The notes under the pieces are model-generated. The model worked only from the letters and a program-made list of their open reading frames with translations. It did no database searches and was not told where the DNA came from. Shown here in pieces: positions 53,479 through 62,628 of a stretch of DNA of 64,000 nt. Where the stretch lies: the NCBI GenBank assembly GCA_016218045.1, contig JACRFB010000031.1, positions 72,908 through 136,907 of the forward strand, in the 5' to 3' direction. Within the stretch, counting starts at the first letter, position 1. Every line of letters begins with the position of its first letter. A program made the translations under genes and the position numbers. This DNA comes from Ignavibacteriota bacterium. Its GTDB lineage: Bacteria > Bacteroidota > Ignavibacteria > SZUA-365.

Positions 53479-54845
53479 CGCCCGCAGTGCCCGTCGCGAT
53501 CGTCGACGACGACCAGGAGATGCTCCGCGTACTCGAGCGCTACCTCCAGCGCCACGGCATCGCAGTCGACACGTTCTCCGACCCGCGCACGGCCCTGACG
53601 CATTTCGGGGAGACGGTGTATGGCGTCGTGATCACCGACGTGCAGATGCCCGGCATGAGCGGCCTGGAACTTTTCGGACACATACGCCAGCAGATGCCCG
53701 AGGCCGTGGTGATCATGATCACCGGCTTCGGTTCCGTCACCGCGGCCGTGCAGGCGATGAAGGAGGGGGCGTTCGATTACATCAGCAAACCCTTCAACTA
53801 CGACGAGTTTCTGGTGGTTCTGCAGAAGGCGGTCCGTCAGCATCTCCTGCAGCGCGAGGTGGAGGTGTTGCGTGAAAGGGTGCAGCGCCGGTACTCCTTC
53901 GGGAACATCATCGGACACAGCGACGCGATGCGCCAGGTGTTCGACGTGATCGGCCGCGTGGCGCACACGCGTACCAACGTGCTCGTGACAGGCGAATCCG
54001 GCACGGGGAAGGAACTGATCGCGCGCGCGATCCATCATGGCGGTGCGCGCAAGGACGCGCCGTTTGTCGCGATCAACTGCGGCGCGCTGCCCGAGACGCT
54101 GCTCGAGAGCGAGCTTTTTGGTCACGAGAAAGGCGCCTACACCGGCGCGGTGACGCGCGAGGCGGGTCTGCTCGCGAGTGCCGACAGCGGAACGATATTC
54201 CTCGACGAAGTGGCCGACATGCCCATGCACATGCAGGCGAAATTTCTGCGCGTGCTCGAGGACTGGGAGGTGCGTCCCGTGGGCGGGAACGCGACACGAA
54301 AGATCGACGTCCGCGTGATCTCGTCGTCGAAGACCGACCTCGGCGACATCGTGGCGCACGGCGATTTTCGCGAGGACCTGTTCTACCGCCTCAATGTTGT
54401 GACCATCGACATTCCCCCGCTGCGAGAGCGCATGGAGGACGTGCCGATGCTCATCGATCACGCCCTCGTTCGCCTTGCGGCCGATCAGGGGCGCGAGACG
54501 CCCGTCATCGAGCGCGACGCGCTCGAGGCGCTGCTCCGGCACACCTGGCCCGGCAATGTGCGCGAACTCGAACACGTACTCGAGCGCGCGCTCATTCTCG
54601 CGCGCGGTCCGCGCATGACGCTCGACGATCTTCCGCCGTACGTGCGCGAGCACGGCGGCACGGCGGCGCGGCGCGCGGGCGAGGCCTGCCCCGTCGACAC
54701 GACACTCGAGGACATGGAGCGGCAGCACATTCTGCGCGTGCTCGCGCACGTCGAATGGAAACGTTCGCTGGCCGCGGAAATACTCGGCATCAACCGCCGC
54801 ACCTTGTACAGAAAAATCCAGCAATACCGCATCGAGGAACCATGA
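53475..54845 (+). CDS. Sigma54-dependent response regulator (NtrC/AtoC family)
   Basis: REC (VDDD, TDVQMP), GESGTGKE, ESELFGHEKGAYTGA, FREDLFYRL, WPGNVREL and Fis HTH. Confidence 0.94.
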   Translation: MTPAVPVAIVDDDQEMLRVLERYLQRHGIAVDTFSDPRTALTHFGETVYGVVITDVQMPGMSGLELFGHIRQQMPEAVVIMITGFGSVTAAVQAMKEGAFDYISKPFNYDEFLVVLQKAVRQHLLQREVEVLRERVQRRYSFGNIIGHSDAMRQVFDVIGRVAHTRTNVLVTGESGTGKELIARAIHHGGARKDAPFVAINCGALPETLLESELFGHEKGAYTGAVTREAGLLASADSGTIFLDEVADMPMHMQAKFLRVLEDWEVRPVGGNATRKIDVRVISSSKTDLGDIVAHGDFREDLFYRLNVVTIDIPPLRERMEDVPMLIDHALVRLAADQGRETPVIERDALEALLRHTWPGNVRELEHVLERALILARGPRMTLDDLPPYVREHGGTAARRAGEACPVDTTLEDMERQHILRVLAHVEWKRSLAAEILGINRRTLYRKIQQYRIEEP

Positions 54846-56206
54846 AACACGCATCGACAATCACGCAACTGCGCGTATGGTGCCTCGCGGCGGCCCTGAT
54901 CCTCGCGGCAGACGGACGGGCGCAGGCACTGCGCTTTTCCCCGACCCCCGCGGCCCCGGCCGCACCCGCCTACGGCGATCTTATCGCGGTGGAACTGCAC
55001 CAGTTTCCCGCTCCCGCCGGACACTGCCGCATCGACGCGTTTGTGCGTGTGACGCACGATTATATCGTATTCCAGCGCGTGCCCGAGCGGGCGGGCGATT
55101 CGCTGTTCGCCGGACGGCTCGAGGTGTCGTATGAACTGCTCGATGCACAGGGCGGGACTGTCGCCACGGCGCACGACCGGGCCACCGTCGAGGCGCGAAG
55201 TTATCTCGCGACAAATTCGCGGGACGAATTCGCGCTCATGCACCGGAGTTTCCGCTGCGATCCAGGCGTCTACACCCTGGCCATCACCGTCGGCGACGGC
55301 ACCTCGACGCGCGAACGCGTGCTGCGCCAGCATCTCACGGTCAAAAAATTCGGACAGGAAGGTCCGGTAATCAGTTCCATCATTCCGCTCTCGTGGTCCG
55401 ATCAGGACGCGCAGACCCCTTCGGTGGCGGTGTTCGGACGTAGCGTCCCCTTCGCGCGGCCGTCGCGGATTGCGGTCGCGGGTGTCGCCTCTCCCGAGGC
55501 GAAATGGACCTTCACGATGTCTCGCGCCGCGACGCCCGGATCGCCCAGTGCCGTGATCTGGGAATACGCGACCCAGCCCGTCGCGGTGCTCAAGGGCGCC
55601 ACGGTGGTCGACAGCGCGGGACTGGCGGCATCGTTTCCGCTGCTGGAAACGACAGCAACAGATGCCTCGCTGTTTGTGTTTGCACTGCCCACCGACACGC
55701 TCGATCCGGGCATGTACCGCCTCTCCGCGCGCGCGACCGACGAGGACCGCGTCGACACCGTATCCAGCGGCCTCCGTGTGTACTGGAAGGACATGCCTCT
55801 CTCGATACAGGATCCGCAATTCGCGCTGCTCGTCATGCGGCACATTCTGACGGAAGAGGAAACCGAGGATCTCGAGAGCGGTCCCGAAGAGGAACTCATG
55901 CAGCGTATCCTTGATTGGTGGCGGAAGAAAGATCCGACCCCGGGCACCGCGATCAACGAATTGCTTGTGGAATACTTCCGCCGCGTGGATGAGGCGTATT
56001 ACGCGTATCAGACACTCTCCGCCCCCAACGGCGCGCTGACCGACAGGGGAAAGATCTACATCCTGTACGGTCCGCCGGGGGATGTACAGCGTGTGCTCGC
56101 GCCGGATTCTCCCGCCGAGGAGACCTGGGAGTATCCCGATTTGCGGCGCACCTTCATTTTCATCGATCGCCAGAAGAACGGCAACTACAAACTCGCGTCA
56201 CAATAG
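54842..56206 (+). CDS. Exported GWxTD-domain protein
   Basis: Signal peptide, two beta-sandwich regions and C-terminal WRKKDPTPGTAINE...EYFRRV...GALTDRGKIYILYGPP...ETWEY. Confidence 0.85.
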   Translation: MKHASTITQLRVWCLAAALILAADGRAQALRFSPTPAAPAAPAYGDLIAVELHQFPAPAGHCRIDAFVRVTHDYIVFQRVPERAGDSLFAGRLEVSYELLDAQGGTVATAHDRATVEARSYLATNSRDEFALMHRSFRCDPGVYTLAITVGDGTSTRERVLRQHLTVKKFGQEGPVISSIIPLSWSDQDAQTPSVAVFGRSVPFARPSRIAVAGVASPEAKWTFTMSRAATPGSPSAVIWEYATQPVAVLKGATVVDSAGLAASFPLLETTATDASLFVFALPTDTLDPGMYRLSARATDEDRVDTVSSGLRVYWKDMPLSIQDPQFALLVMRHILTEEETEDLESGPEEELMQRILDWWRKKDPTPGTAINELLVEYFRRVDEAYYAYQTLSAPNGALTDRGKIYILYGPPGDVQRVLAPDSPAEETWEYPDLRRTFIFIDRQKNGNYKLASQ

Positions 56207-56314
56207 CGAACGGCGGCGGTTTCATCTCGACCGCGCGCGACGTAGATTTCGTCCCATCCCCTCTCACCCTCGGCGCGCCATGTGCCGCCGTTGATCCGTA
56301 TCACACACGAACGC

Positions 56315-57328
56315 ATGAAACCAGTCATCGCTATCTCGCTTGGCGACGTCAATGGCGTCGGGCCCGAAGTCATACTCAAGGCCTTTGTCCGCTCCGATCT
56401 CTTCACCCAGTGCCGCCCGGTGGTTTATGGTCCGGCCGAGTGTATGGAGTGGCGTGAATCGCGCCTGGGCACGGGACTTGAATTTTCGCGCATCACATCG
56501 TTGGAAGAGGCCCGCGAGGGGGGCATTTCGCTGTTCGACACAGGCGGCGTCTTTGATCCGTCGCAGATCGGCCGCGCGACCGCGGAGGCGGGCGCGCACG
56601 CGATACGTGCGATCGAAGCCGCATATGCGGCAGTACGCGACGGCGGCGCCGAGGCACTGGTCACCGCGCCGGTCTCGAAGGAGGCGATAGCGCTTGCCGG
56701 CAGTCCGTACAAGGGCCACACCGACATGCTGGCCGCGATGGCGGGTGCGGCCAACCGCGTGATCATGATACTGCGGAGCAATACGCTTACCGTGGGTCTG
56801 GTGACCATTCACGTGCCCTTGCGCGAGGTCGCGCCGCTGGTGACACACGAACGCGTGCTGCGCACCATCGAGGCCGGCCGTTCCGCGCTCGAGACGGATT
56901 TCGGCGTGCAGCGTCCTCGGCTCGCGGTGCTCGCGCTGAATCCGCACGCGGGCGACGGCGGCGCCATCGGCGGCGAGGAGATCGAGGCCATCGTGCCTGC
57001 GATCGCGGAGGCACGGGCGGCGGGCATCGCCGTTGAAGGACCCTTTCCCGCGGACGGCTTTTTCTCCGCGCACAACCGCGATCTCTTCGACATGGTCGTT
57101 GCCATGTACCACGATCAGGGACTCATTCCGTTCAAGCTGCAGGCGCGGGGGCGGGGAGTCAACGTCAGTTCCGGTCTGCCCATCGTCCGCACATCGCCCG
57201 ATCACGGCACCGCGTACAACATCGCGGGGCAGGGCATCGCGAGCGCCGACAGTATGCGAGAGGCGATACTCGCGGCGCGAACCATCGCGGTTAATCGCGG
57301 CATCGCCTCTGCGGGCGCGAGTCGATGA
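56315..57328 (+). CDS. pdxA: 4-hydroxythreonine-4-phosphate dehydrogenase
   Basis: GDVNGVGPE, TAPVSKE, GHTD, HVPL, LNPHAG, AMYHDQG, RTSPDHGTA. Confidence 0.95.
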   Translation: MKPVIAISLGDVNGVGPEVILKAFVRSDLFTQCRPVVYGPAECMEWRESRLGTGLEFSRITSLEEAREGGISLFDTGGVFDPSQIGRATAEAGAHAIRAIEAAYAAVRDGGAEALVTAPVSKEAIALAGSPYKGHTDMLAAMAGAANRVIMILRSNTLTVGLVTIHVPLREVAPLVTHERVLRTIEAGRSALETDFGVQRPRLAVLALNPHAGDGGAIGGEEIEAIVPAIAEARAAGIAVEGPFPADGFFSAHNRDLFDMVVAMYHDQGLIPFKLQARGRGVNVSSGLPIVRTSPDHGTAYNIAGQGIASADSMREAILAARTIAVNRGIASAGASR

Positions 57329-57981
57329 TAGAATTCCACAACGTCCGTCTCACCTTCAGCGCGCAGGTCGTGCTCGAGAGGGCGAACCTTCTGATTTCGG
57401 AAGGAGAGTTCGTGTACATCATCGGTGAGACCGGCGTCGGGAAAAGCTCCTTTCTGCGACTCATATACATGGACGTGCTGCCGTCCTTCGGCCGCGTGCG
57501 CGTGGGCGGATACGATTCGTCCGCGCTGCGGAGGCAGCAGATTCCCTTTCTGCGGCGGAGCATCGGCATCGTGTTTCAGGACTACCGGCTGCTCGAGGAC
57601 CGCACCGTCGCCGAAAATGTCGCCTTCGCGCTGCACGTCACGGGCGCAAAACGACAGATGATCGGGCCGCGCGTGCACAAGGTGCTTTCGGAGGTCGGGC
57701 TCTCGTCGAAGGAGCATGCCATGCCTTCCGACCTGTCCGGCGGCGAGAAGCAACGCGTGGCCATCGCGCGTGCGCTGGTGAACGATCCCGTGATTCTTCT
57801 CGCGGACGAACCCACGGGTAATCTCGATCCCGTCGCATCCCGCGACATCCTTGCCATCTTCGATCGCATCAACAAGCGTGGCACCGCCTGCATCATTGCC
57901 ACGCACGACTACGGTCTGCTCGTCCAACGTCCCGGCCGTGTCATCAAGATTCAGAATCGGAATTTTTATGATGTGGTGTGA
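57325..57981 (+). CDS. ftsE: Cell-division ABC ATPase FtsE-like
   Basis: GETGVGKSS, IPFLRRSIGIVFQDYRLL, LSGGEKQRVAIARA, ADEPTGNLDP, ATHD. Confidence 0.85.
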   Translation: MIEFHNVRLTFSAQVVLERANLLISEGEFVYIIGETGVGKSSFLRLIYMDVLPSFGRVRVGGYDSSALRRQQIPFLRRSIGIVFQDYRLLEDRTVAENVAFALHVTGAKRQMIGPRVHKVLSEVGLSSKEHAMPSDLSGGEKQRVAIARALVNDPVILLADEPTGNLDPVASRDILAIFDRINKRGTACIIATHDYGLLVQRPGRVIKIQNRNFYDVV

Positions 57982-57983
57982 TA

Positions 57984-58019
57984 AGTAGATGGTAGATGAG
58001 TAGATGGTAGATAGTAGAC
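57984..58019. repeat. Five tandem RGTAGAY units
   Basis: agtagat ggtagat gagtagat ggtagat agtagac. Confidence 0.85.
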
Positions 58020-58053
58020 ACCAAGCGTTACATTCCTCCAGATAGTTATTTCG

Positions 58054-58228
58054 GTCCCCAGTCCCCAGTCCCTCGTCCCCAGTCCCCAGTCCCTCGTCCC
58101 CAGTCCCCAGTCCCTCGTCCCCAGTCCCCAGTCCCTCGTCCCCAGTCCCTCGTCCCTCGTCCCCAGTCTCCAATCCCAACTCCCGATTCCTAACTCCTAA
58201 ATCCTAATTCCCAACTCCTCACTCCACC
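58054..58228. repeat. 25-unit heptamer tandem array: 17 GTCCCCA/GTCCCTC-type units then 8 degenerate HTCCYNA-like units
   Basis: Read directly. There is a higher-order 21-bp period (CA,CA,TC)x4, and the 7-nt phase continues exactly to the ATG at 58229. Confidence 0.95.
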
Positions 58229-59959
58229 ATGCGACCGCCGCTTCATGCCTTGCAGATTCCCGATGCGGAATTCGTCGTATGCGACGTTGAGACGACGGGC
58301 TTGAGTCCGGACCACAACAGGATGACGGAAATCGCGCTCGTCCGTGTGGCGGAGGGACGGGTGGTGGAGAAGTACCAGACGCTGATCAATCCCAGGCAGT
58401 TCATTCCACCGTTCATCACGGAACTGACGGGCATTACCAACGAGATGGTCTACTCCGCTCCCGATGCGGACGAGGTGCTGCCGGCCATACGCGCATTCAT
58501 CGGCGACGCAGTCTTTGTCGGACACAATGCGCGTTTCGACTTTTCCTTCGTCGACGCCGCGCTGCGGCGCGCGGGGCTCGCGCCTTTGGAGAACGCGGTG
58601 TTGTGCACGGCGCGCCTCGCGCGGCGCCTCGTTCCCGCGCTGGCGAAGAAGAATCTCGGCTCCATCGCGCGCCATCTCGGCATCAGCAATCCCCGCGCGC
58701 ACCGCGCCTCGGGTGACGCGGAAACGACCGCCCGCATCCTGCTGCACTTCGCCGGCATGGTGTCGGAGGAACACGACGTGGCTGATCTGGGCGACCTGCT
58801 CTCGTTCCAGAACAAACCGGTGTATCGGGTCACCACACCGCCGAAAAACTTCCTGAAACTGCAGCCGGCCCTGGCGGCCCTGCCGCATGAACCCGGCATC
58901 TATTTCTTCCACGACGCGCGCGGTCACATCATCTACATCGGCAAGGCGCGGGATCTGTCGGACCGCGTGCACTCGTATTTCCGCTATAATGTCGGGCACA
59001 GCGAAAAGGTCCTCAAACTCGCGCGCGCGGTGGCGTCCATCACCTGGAAAACCACCGACACCGAACTGTCGGCGCTGCTCGCCGAGGCGCGGGCCATACG
59101 CCAGCATCAGCCGCGCTTCAACGCGCTGCTTAAAAGTGCGCGCGCGTATCCGTTCATCCGCATCGATTGCGCCGACACGTTCCCGACGATCTCCTGGACC
59201 TACGACATGGAGGACGACGGCGCCGACTATTACGGACCCTTCAGCTCGCGCTTCGCCGTCGAACGCGCACTCGAGGTGATCGATCGCATCTTCCTCATTC
59301 GCGAATGCGACGGACGCATCACGCCCCGCGATACCGCAACCCCGTGCCTGTACTACGACATCAAACGCTGCGGCGCGCCCTGCGCTTCACTGCAGTCTGC
59401 CGAGGAGTACGCCGAGGAGGTGCAGCGCGTGCGACAGTTCCTCCGCGGTCGGCACGACTCGGTGCTCAACGGGTTGCGGGCGGCGATGGAGTCGCGTGCC
59501 GAGGCGCTCGACTTCGAAGGAGCGGCGTCGGTGCGCGACCGTCTGCGCGATCTCGAACGTATCGTGCGGCAGCAGCGTGTCATGGCGCGCTCGGTCCGTT
59601 ATCAGAATCTGGTGATCGTCACTCTCGCACGTCGCACCTTCGTGGAGGTGCACTGCATGAAATCCGGCATGCTCGTGGCGCAGGAACTGCTGGATCAGCG
59701 CGCGTGCACGCGGCAGAATGTGCGCACGTTGCTGTCGGAGTCCTTCTTCAGCGGCCAGAACGAACTGTTCCTCGGCGGGAAGGAAGACATCGCGGAGATG
59801 CGCATCATCGCCTCATGGTGCCTCACGCGGCGTGATGAGTCCGTCGTGATCGAGGCCGACGATCATCAGACACGCGATGCGCTGATCGACGCGGTGTACG
59901 CGGCGGTGCGCGGGCTGGGCAGGGACGAGGCGCCGGCACGCTTCGCGGAAAGGGCGTAA
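58229..59959 (+). CDS. DEDDh 3'-5' exonuclease fused to UvrC-type GIY-YIG endonuclease, Cys cluster and UVR domain (Cho/Rv2191-like)
   Basis: CDVETTG, HNARFD, HRASGDA; PGIYFF...IYIGKA, RVHSYF, E, PRFN; C-x12-C-x7-C-x3-C; LDFEGAASVRD. Confidence 0.9.
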   Translation: MRPPLHALQIPDAEFVVCDVETTGLSPDHNRMTEIALVRVAEGRVVEKYQTLINPRQFIPPFITELTGITNEMVYSAPDADEVLPAIRAFIGDAVFVGHNARFDFSFVDAALRRAGLAPLENAVLCTARLARRLVPALAKKNLGSIARHLGISNPRAHRASGDAETTARILLHFAGMVSEEHDVADLGDLLSFQNKPVYRVTTPPKNFLKLQPALAALPHEPGIYFFHDARGHIIYIGKARDLSDRVHSYFRYNVGHSEKVLKLARAVASITWKTTDTELSALLAEARAIRQHQPRFNALLKSARAYPFIRIDCADTFPTISWTYDMEDDGADYYGPFSSRFAVERALEVIDRIFLIRECDGRITPRDTATPCLYYDIKRCGAPCASLQSAEEYAEEVQRVRQFLRGRHDSVLNGLRAAMESRAEALDFEGAASVRDRLRDLERIVRQQRVMARSVRYQNLVIVTLARRTFVEVHCMKSGMLVAQELLDQRACTRQNVRTLLSESFFSGQNELFLGGKEDIAEMRIIASWCLTRRDESVVIEADDHQTRDALIDAVYAAVRGLGRDEAPARFAERA

Positions 59960-59968
59960 TATCGTCCG

Positions 59969-59996
59969 AAAAAAAAGGCCGGGGAAAACCCGGCCT
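59969..59996 (-). terminator. Intrinsic terminator for the minus-strand gene (between convergent genes)
   Basis: A8-GGCCGGG-GAAAA-CCCGGCC on plus, i.e. a hairpin followed by a U8 tract on minus. Confidence 0.8.
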
Positions 59997-60021
59997 CCGT
60001 GCTCGTAGTACGGCAGGTGTG

Positions 60022-61656
60022 TCAGAACGGGCGCGAGAAGCGCAGCACAAAACGTGCATCCTCTGAGAAGGCCGTCTTGACCATCGGCCACGCGACACCG
60101 ATGCGGAAATTGCCGTCGGCATTGCCGATCGCGACGCCGAAGTCGCTCTTCCACTGGCGGCTCAGGAACGTGTCGCTGAAGGATGCGTCGAGCAGTCCCG
60201 TGCGGAAATCCGCCGCGCCCGACACCAGGGCCGCGTCGCTGACCACGCCCGCGTCCGCAAAGAGAATGAGGTTGATGCTCGTCACGGCACGCGCAACCCA
60301 ATCGCTCGATTCCTCGAACAGGGTGTTGCGGAAGATGAGCTCGGCATTGACGATCGCCGCATTGGTGCCGCCGAATTCCTTGAAACGATATCCGGGAAGC
60401 GTCCCGAGGCCGCCAAGTTCCACGGCTCTCTGCACGGGCACATCGCCGTCGCTCAACACGATGCGGCCGCGTACGTTCAGATTCAGAAAATCGCGCAGCG
60501 GCTGATAGCGGCGCACGTCGATTGTCACCTGCGTAAATTCGTAATCGCCCTTTGTCGCGCCGCCCGCCATCTCGTACGCCGCCGTGGCCGTCCAGCCGTG
60601 CGCCGACGAGGAGGTGGGTGTGGTGGTGCTCGCCGAGACGTTGAAGATCAGCGAGTTGATATTACCCCTGTTTATCCACGGCTGCGGACGGAACACTTTG
60701 TCGCCGCCGAACAGCGACCAGTTGGTGTACCGGCGGAGGTTGTCGTAAGTGTCGTGCAGGTAGGCCGCCGATGCGCGGAGATTCAGACTCTCGGGTCCTT
60801 TATATGCCCATGACGCCGAGACCGAGAAGCCCTCGCGGTTGAAATAGTCCATAAAATCCTCGCGCGCGAAAAACGCCATGCCGGTGTTCTCCTCCAGATC
60901 CACCGCCCACTGATCCTTCGAATCGGTCACCGAATGGCCTTCGCCGCCGAAGTCCACGATCATGTTGTCGAAGTAGAACGGGAGATAGAGTCCGAGCGAA
61001 TACCGCCAGCGGTGATTCGCGAAGCCGTAGCCCAGCGAGCCTGAACCGACCAGATGCGGCTGGCTGTGCCAGTACAGGCGCTTGGGTTTCGCGAGCCCGA
61101 TGTATACTCCATCGACGCGATTATAGCGGAAGATGGTCTCTGCGAAGCCCGTGGCGAGCGGGAAGGGAATGGTGAAGGCGCCCGGGATCTTGCGGTACAG
61201 GTCGGGTTTGAACGAGAACTGGTCCTCGTCGTCATCGACGTTTCCGTCGGCGAGCGTCCAGTCTTCACCGAACTCGAAATCGCCTTCATCCCACATTTCC
61301 TCGTCCTCCGCGTCGTCGAGTTCGGCGACGGTGTCGCCCGCGTCGATGCGCGCCTGGAGTTTGGCCAGTTTCTTCTCGAGCGATTTCACGCGGCGTTCCG
61401 TATCGGCGAGCCGTTCGCGGGCCTCGTCATTGTCACCGCTTTCCAACTGACGTTTGATGTCGGACAACTGCTGTGTGAGTGTCTGCAGCTCGGCGCTGAG
61501 CCGCTGCTGCTCGGCCTTCAGGTCGACGGTTTTTTTCACGGAGTCCGATGCAGCGACCGGAGCCTCGCCCTGCGCCGCGTGTACGGGCGCCGCCGTCGCG
61601 GCGGCAGCCGCGAAGGACAGGAAGAGGAGAGACAGTGCGATGGAGCGGAGTGTCAT
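60022..61656 (-). CDS. Outer-membrane beta-barrel protein (Omp85/BamA-TamA- or DUF5686-like) with N-terminal coiled coil
   Basis: Signal peptide, heptad coiled coil and acidic linker. Motifs FRYNRVDG, DVRRYQPL, LGGLGTLPGYRFKEF, LFADAG; ends VLRFSRPF. Confidence 0.75.
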   Translation of the reverse strand: MTLRSIALSLLFLSFAAAAATAAPVHAAQGEAPVAASDSVKKTVDLKAEQQRLSAELQTLTQQLSDIKRQLESGDNDEARERLADTERRVKSLEKKLAKLQARIDAGDTVAELDDAEDEEMWDEGDFEFGEDWTLADGNVDDDEDQFSFKPDLYRKIPGAFTIPFPLATGFAETIFRYNRVDGVYIGLAKPKRLYWHSQPHLVGSGSLGYGFANHRWRYSLGLYLPFYFDNMIVDFGGEGHSVTDSKDQWAVDLEENTGMAFFAREDFMDYFNREGFSVSASWAYKGPESLNLRASAAYLHDTYDNLRRYTNWSLFGGDKVFRPQPWINRGNINSLIFNVSASTTTPTSSSAHGWTATAAYEMAGGATKGDYEFTQVTIDVRRYQPLRDFLNLNVRGRIVLSDGDVPVQRAVELGGLGTLPGYRFKEFGGTNAAIVNAELIFRNTLFEESSDWVARAVTSINLILFADAGVVSDAALVSGAADFRTGLLDASFSDTFLSRQWKSDFGVAIGNADGNFRIGVAWPMVKTAFSEDARFVLRFSRPF

Positions 61657-61740
61657 GGTGTACCTCGATCGTGATGATACAGGAAGCTGCCCGAACGTCG
61701 GCGCACGGATAATACGGCCGAACCATCGATCATACGCACG

Positions 61741-61765
61741 GCGGGGGAGTTTGTTGCTCCCCCGC
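61741..61765. terminator. GC-rich hairpin downstream of the 61783 gene (possible terminator or regulatory element)
   Basis: GCGGGGGAG-7nt-CTCCCCCGC perfect 9-bp stem; no U tract. Confidence 0.45.
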
Positions 61766-61782
61766 GCGCGCTGTTCATATTT

Positions 61783-62610
61783 CTAGTCCGGTATGTACTC
61801 GGTTTTCCTGGTCGTTGAAATGGCGATGTTCACCTTCATCGAACCACCGCCGACCTGCGAGATCGTCTGCTCGCCCTTTTCGGTCATGTTCAGTGTAATG
61901 AGGAGGCCCTCCGCCTGATCATACAGAAGCGAACCCTCGCCGTTCTCCTCGCCGGTCATGGCCAGGTCGTTATCGCCGCGAACCATGCGGCCTTCCGAGT
62001 TCTTGACGGTCTTCACGGCTATCTCGGTGCAGGAGCGGCCGTTGAGATCCTTCGTGCCCTTGTTCTCGAAGATCGACTTGCGCGTGAGCATCGTGGTGTT
62101 GTCGCCCTCGCCCAGGGTGTCGATCTTGTTGCGTTCCCAGGTTTTTTCGGACGCGAGTTTCTCGGCGTCGAGAGGCACCATGATGCCCATCATTTCGGCG
62201 ACGATCTGCGAACTGGGATCCTCGGGGAATTCCACGGTGGTGTCGCGGTCGAGCACCTTGCCATTGGATGCGATCGTGTATTTGAATTCGCGATCCTTGA
62301 GCGCCTCACCGAAGGTCTGTGTACCTTCCTGCGACTCCATGAGGAGCAGGCACGATTCGATTTTCATGGTGATGTCCATGTCGCCGTTCTCGCGCCTGGC
62401 TGTCATGGTGTACACCGCGCTCCCGGTACCCTCCATGCTCATGTTCATGGTGTTGCCCATCATCTCCTGAATCACGTCGCGCTTGTACTCGAGGAGGTAC
62501 TTGTAGGGTTTTCCCTGTTTGAATTTGTAAATGGCGTTCTGCGCGGACGCAAGAGGCGCGCAGGCAACGAGGGCCGCGAGCACGAGCATCGCGAGTGACG
62601 GGCGTTTCAT
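61783..62610 (-). CDS. Exported beta-strand-rich hypothetical protein (DUF6263-like)
   Basis: GGAG SD, signal peptide, YKFKQGKPYKY, TW, LNGRSC, YDQAEGL; coding-like codon usage. Confidence 0.75.
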   Translation of the reverse strand: MKRPSLAMLVLAALVACAPLASAQNAIYKFKQGKPYKYLLEYKRDVIQEMMGNTMNMSMEGTGSAVYTMTARRENGDMDITMKIESCLLLMESQEGTQTFGEALKDREFKYTIASNGKVLDRDTTVEFPEDPSSQIVAEMMGIMVPLDAEKLASEKTWERNKIDTLGEGDNTTMLTRKSIFENKGTKDLNGRSCTEIAVKTVKNSEGRMVRGDNDLAMTGEENGEGSLLYDQAEGLLITLNMTEKGEQTISQVGGGSMKVNIAISTTRKTEYIPD

Positions 62611-62628
62611 GAGTTCTCCGGTGATTGG

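Noticed and set aside
57202..58179. ORF beginning with (GLGTGDE)n repeats
   Set aside because: It is a translation of the 21-bp heptamer array joined to the ftsE antisense frame, with no sign of a real gene.
58054..58228. Possible CRISPR array
   Set aside because: Contiguous 7-mers without unique spacers, and no cas genes.
60672..60680. DnaA-box-like TTATCCACG
   Set aside because: Single imperfect copy inside a CDS, with no cluster.
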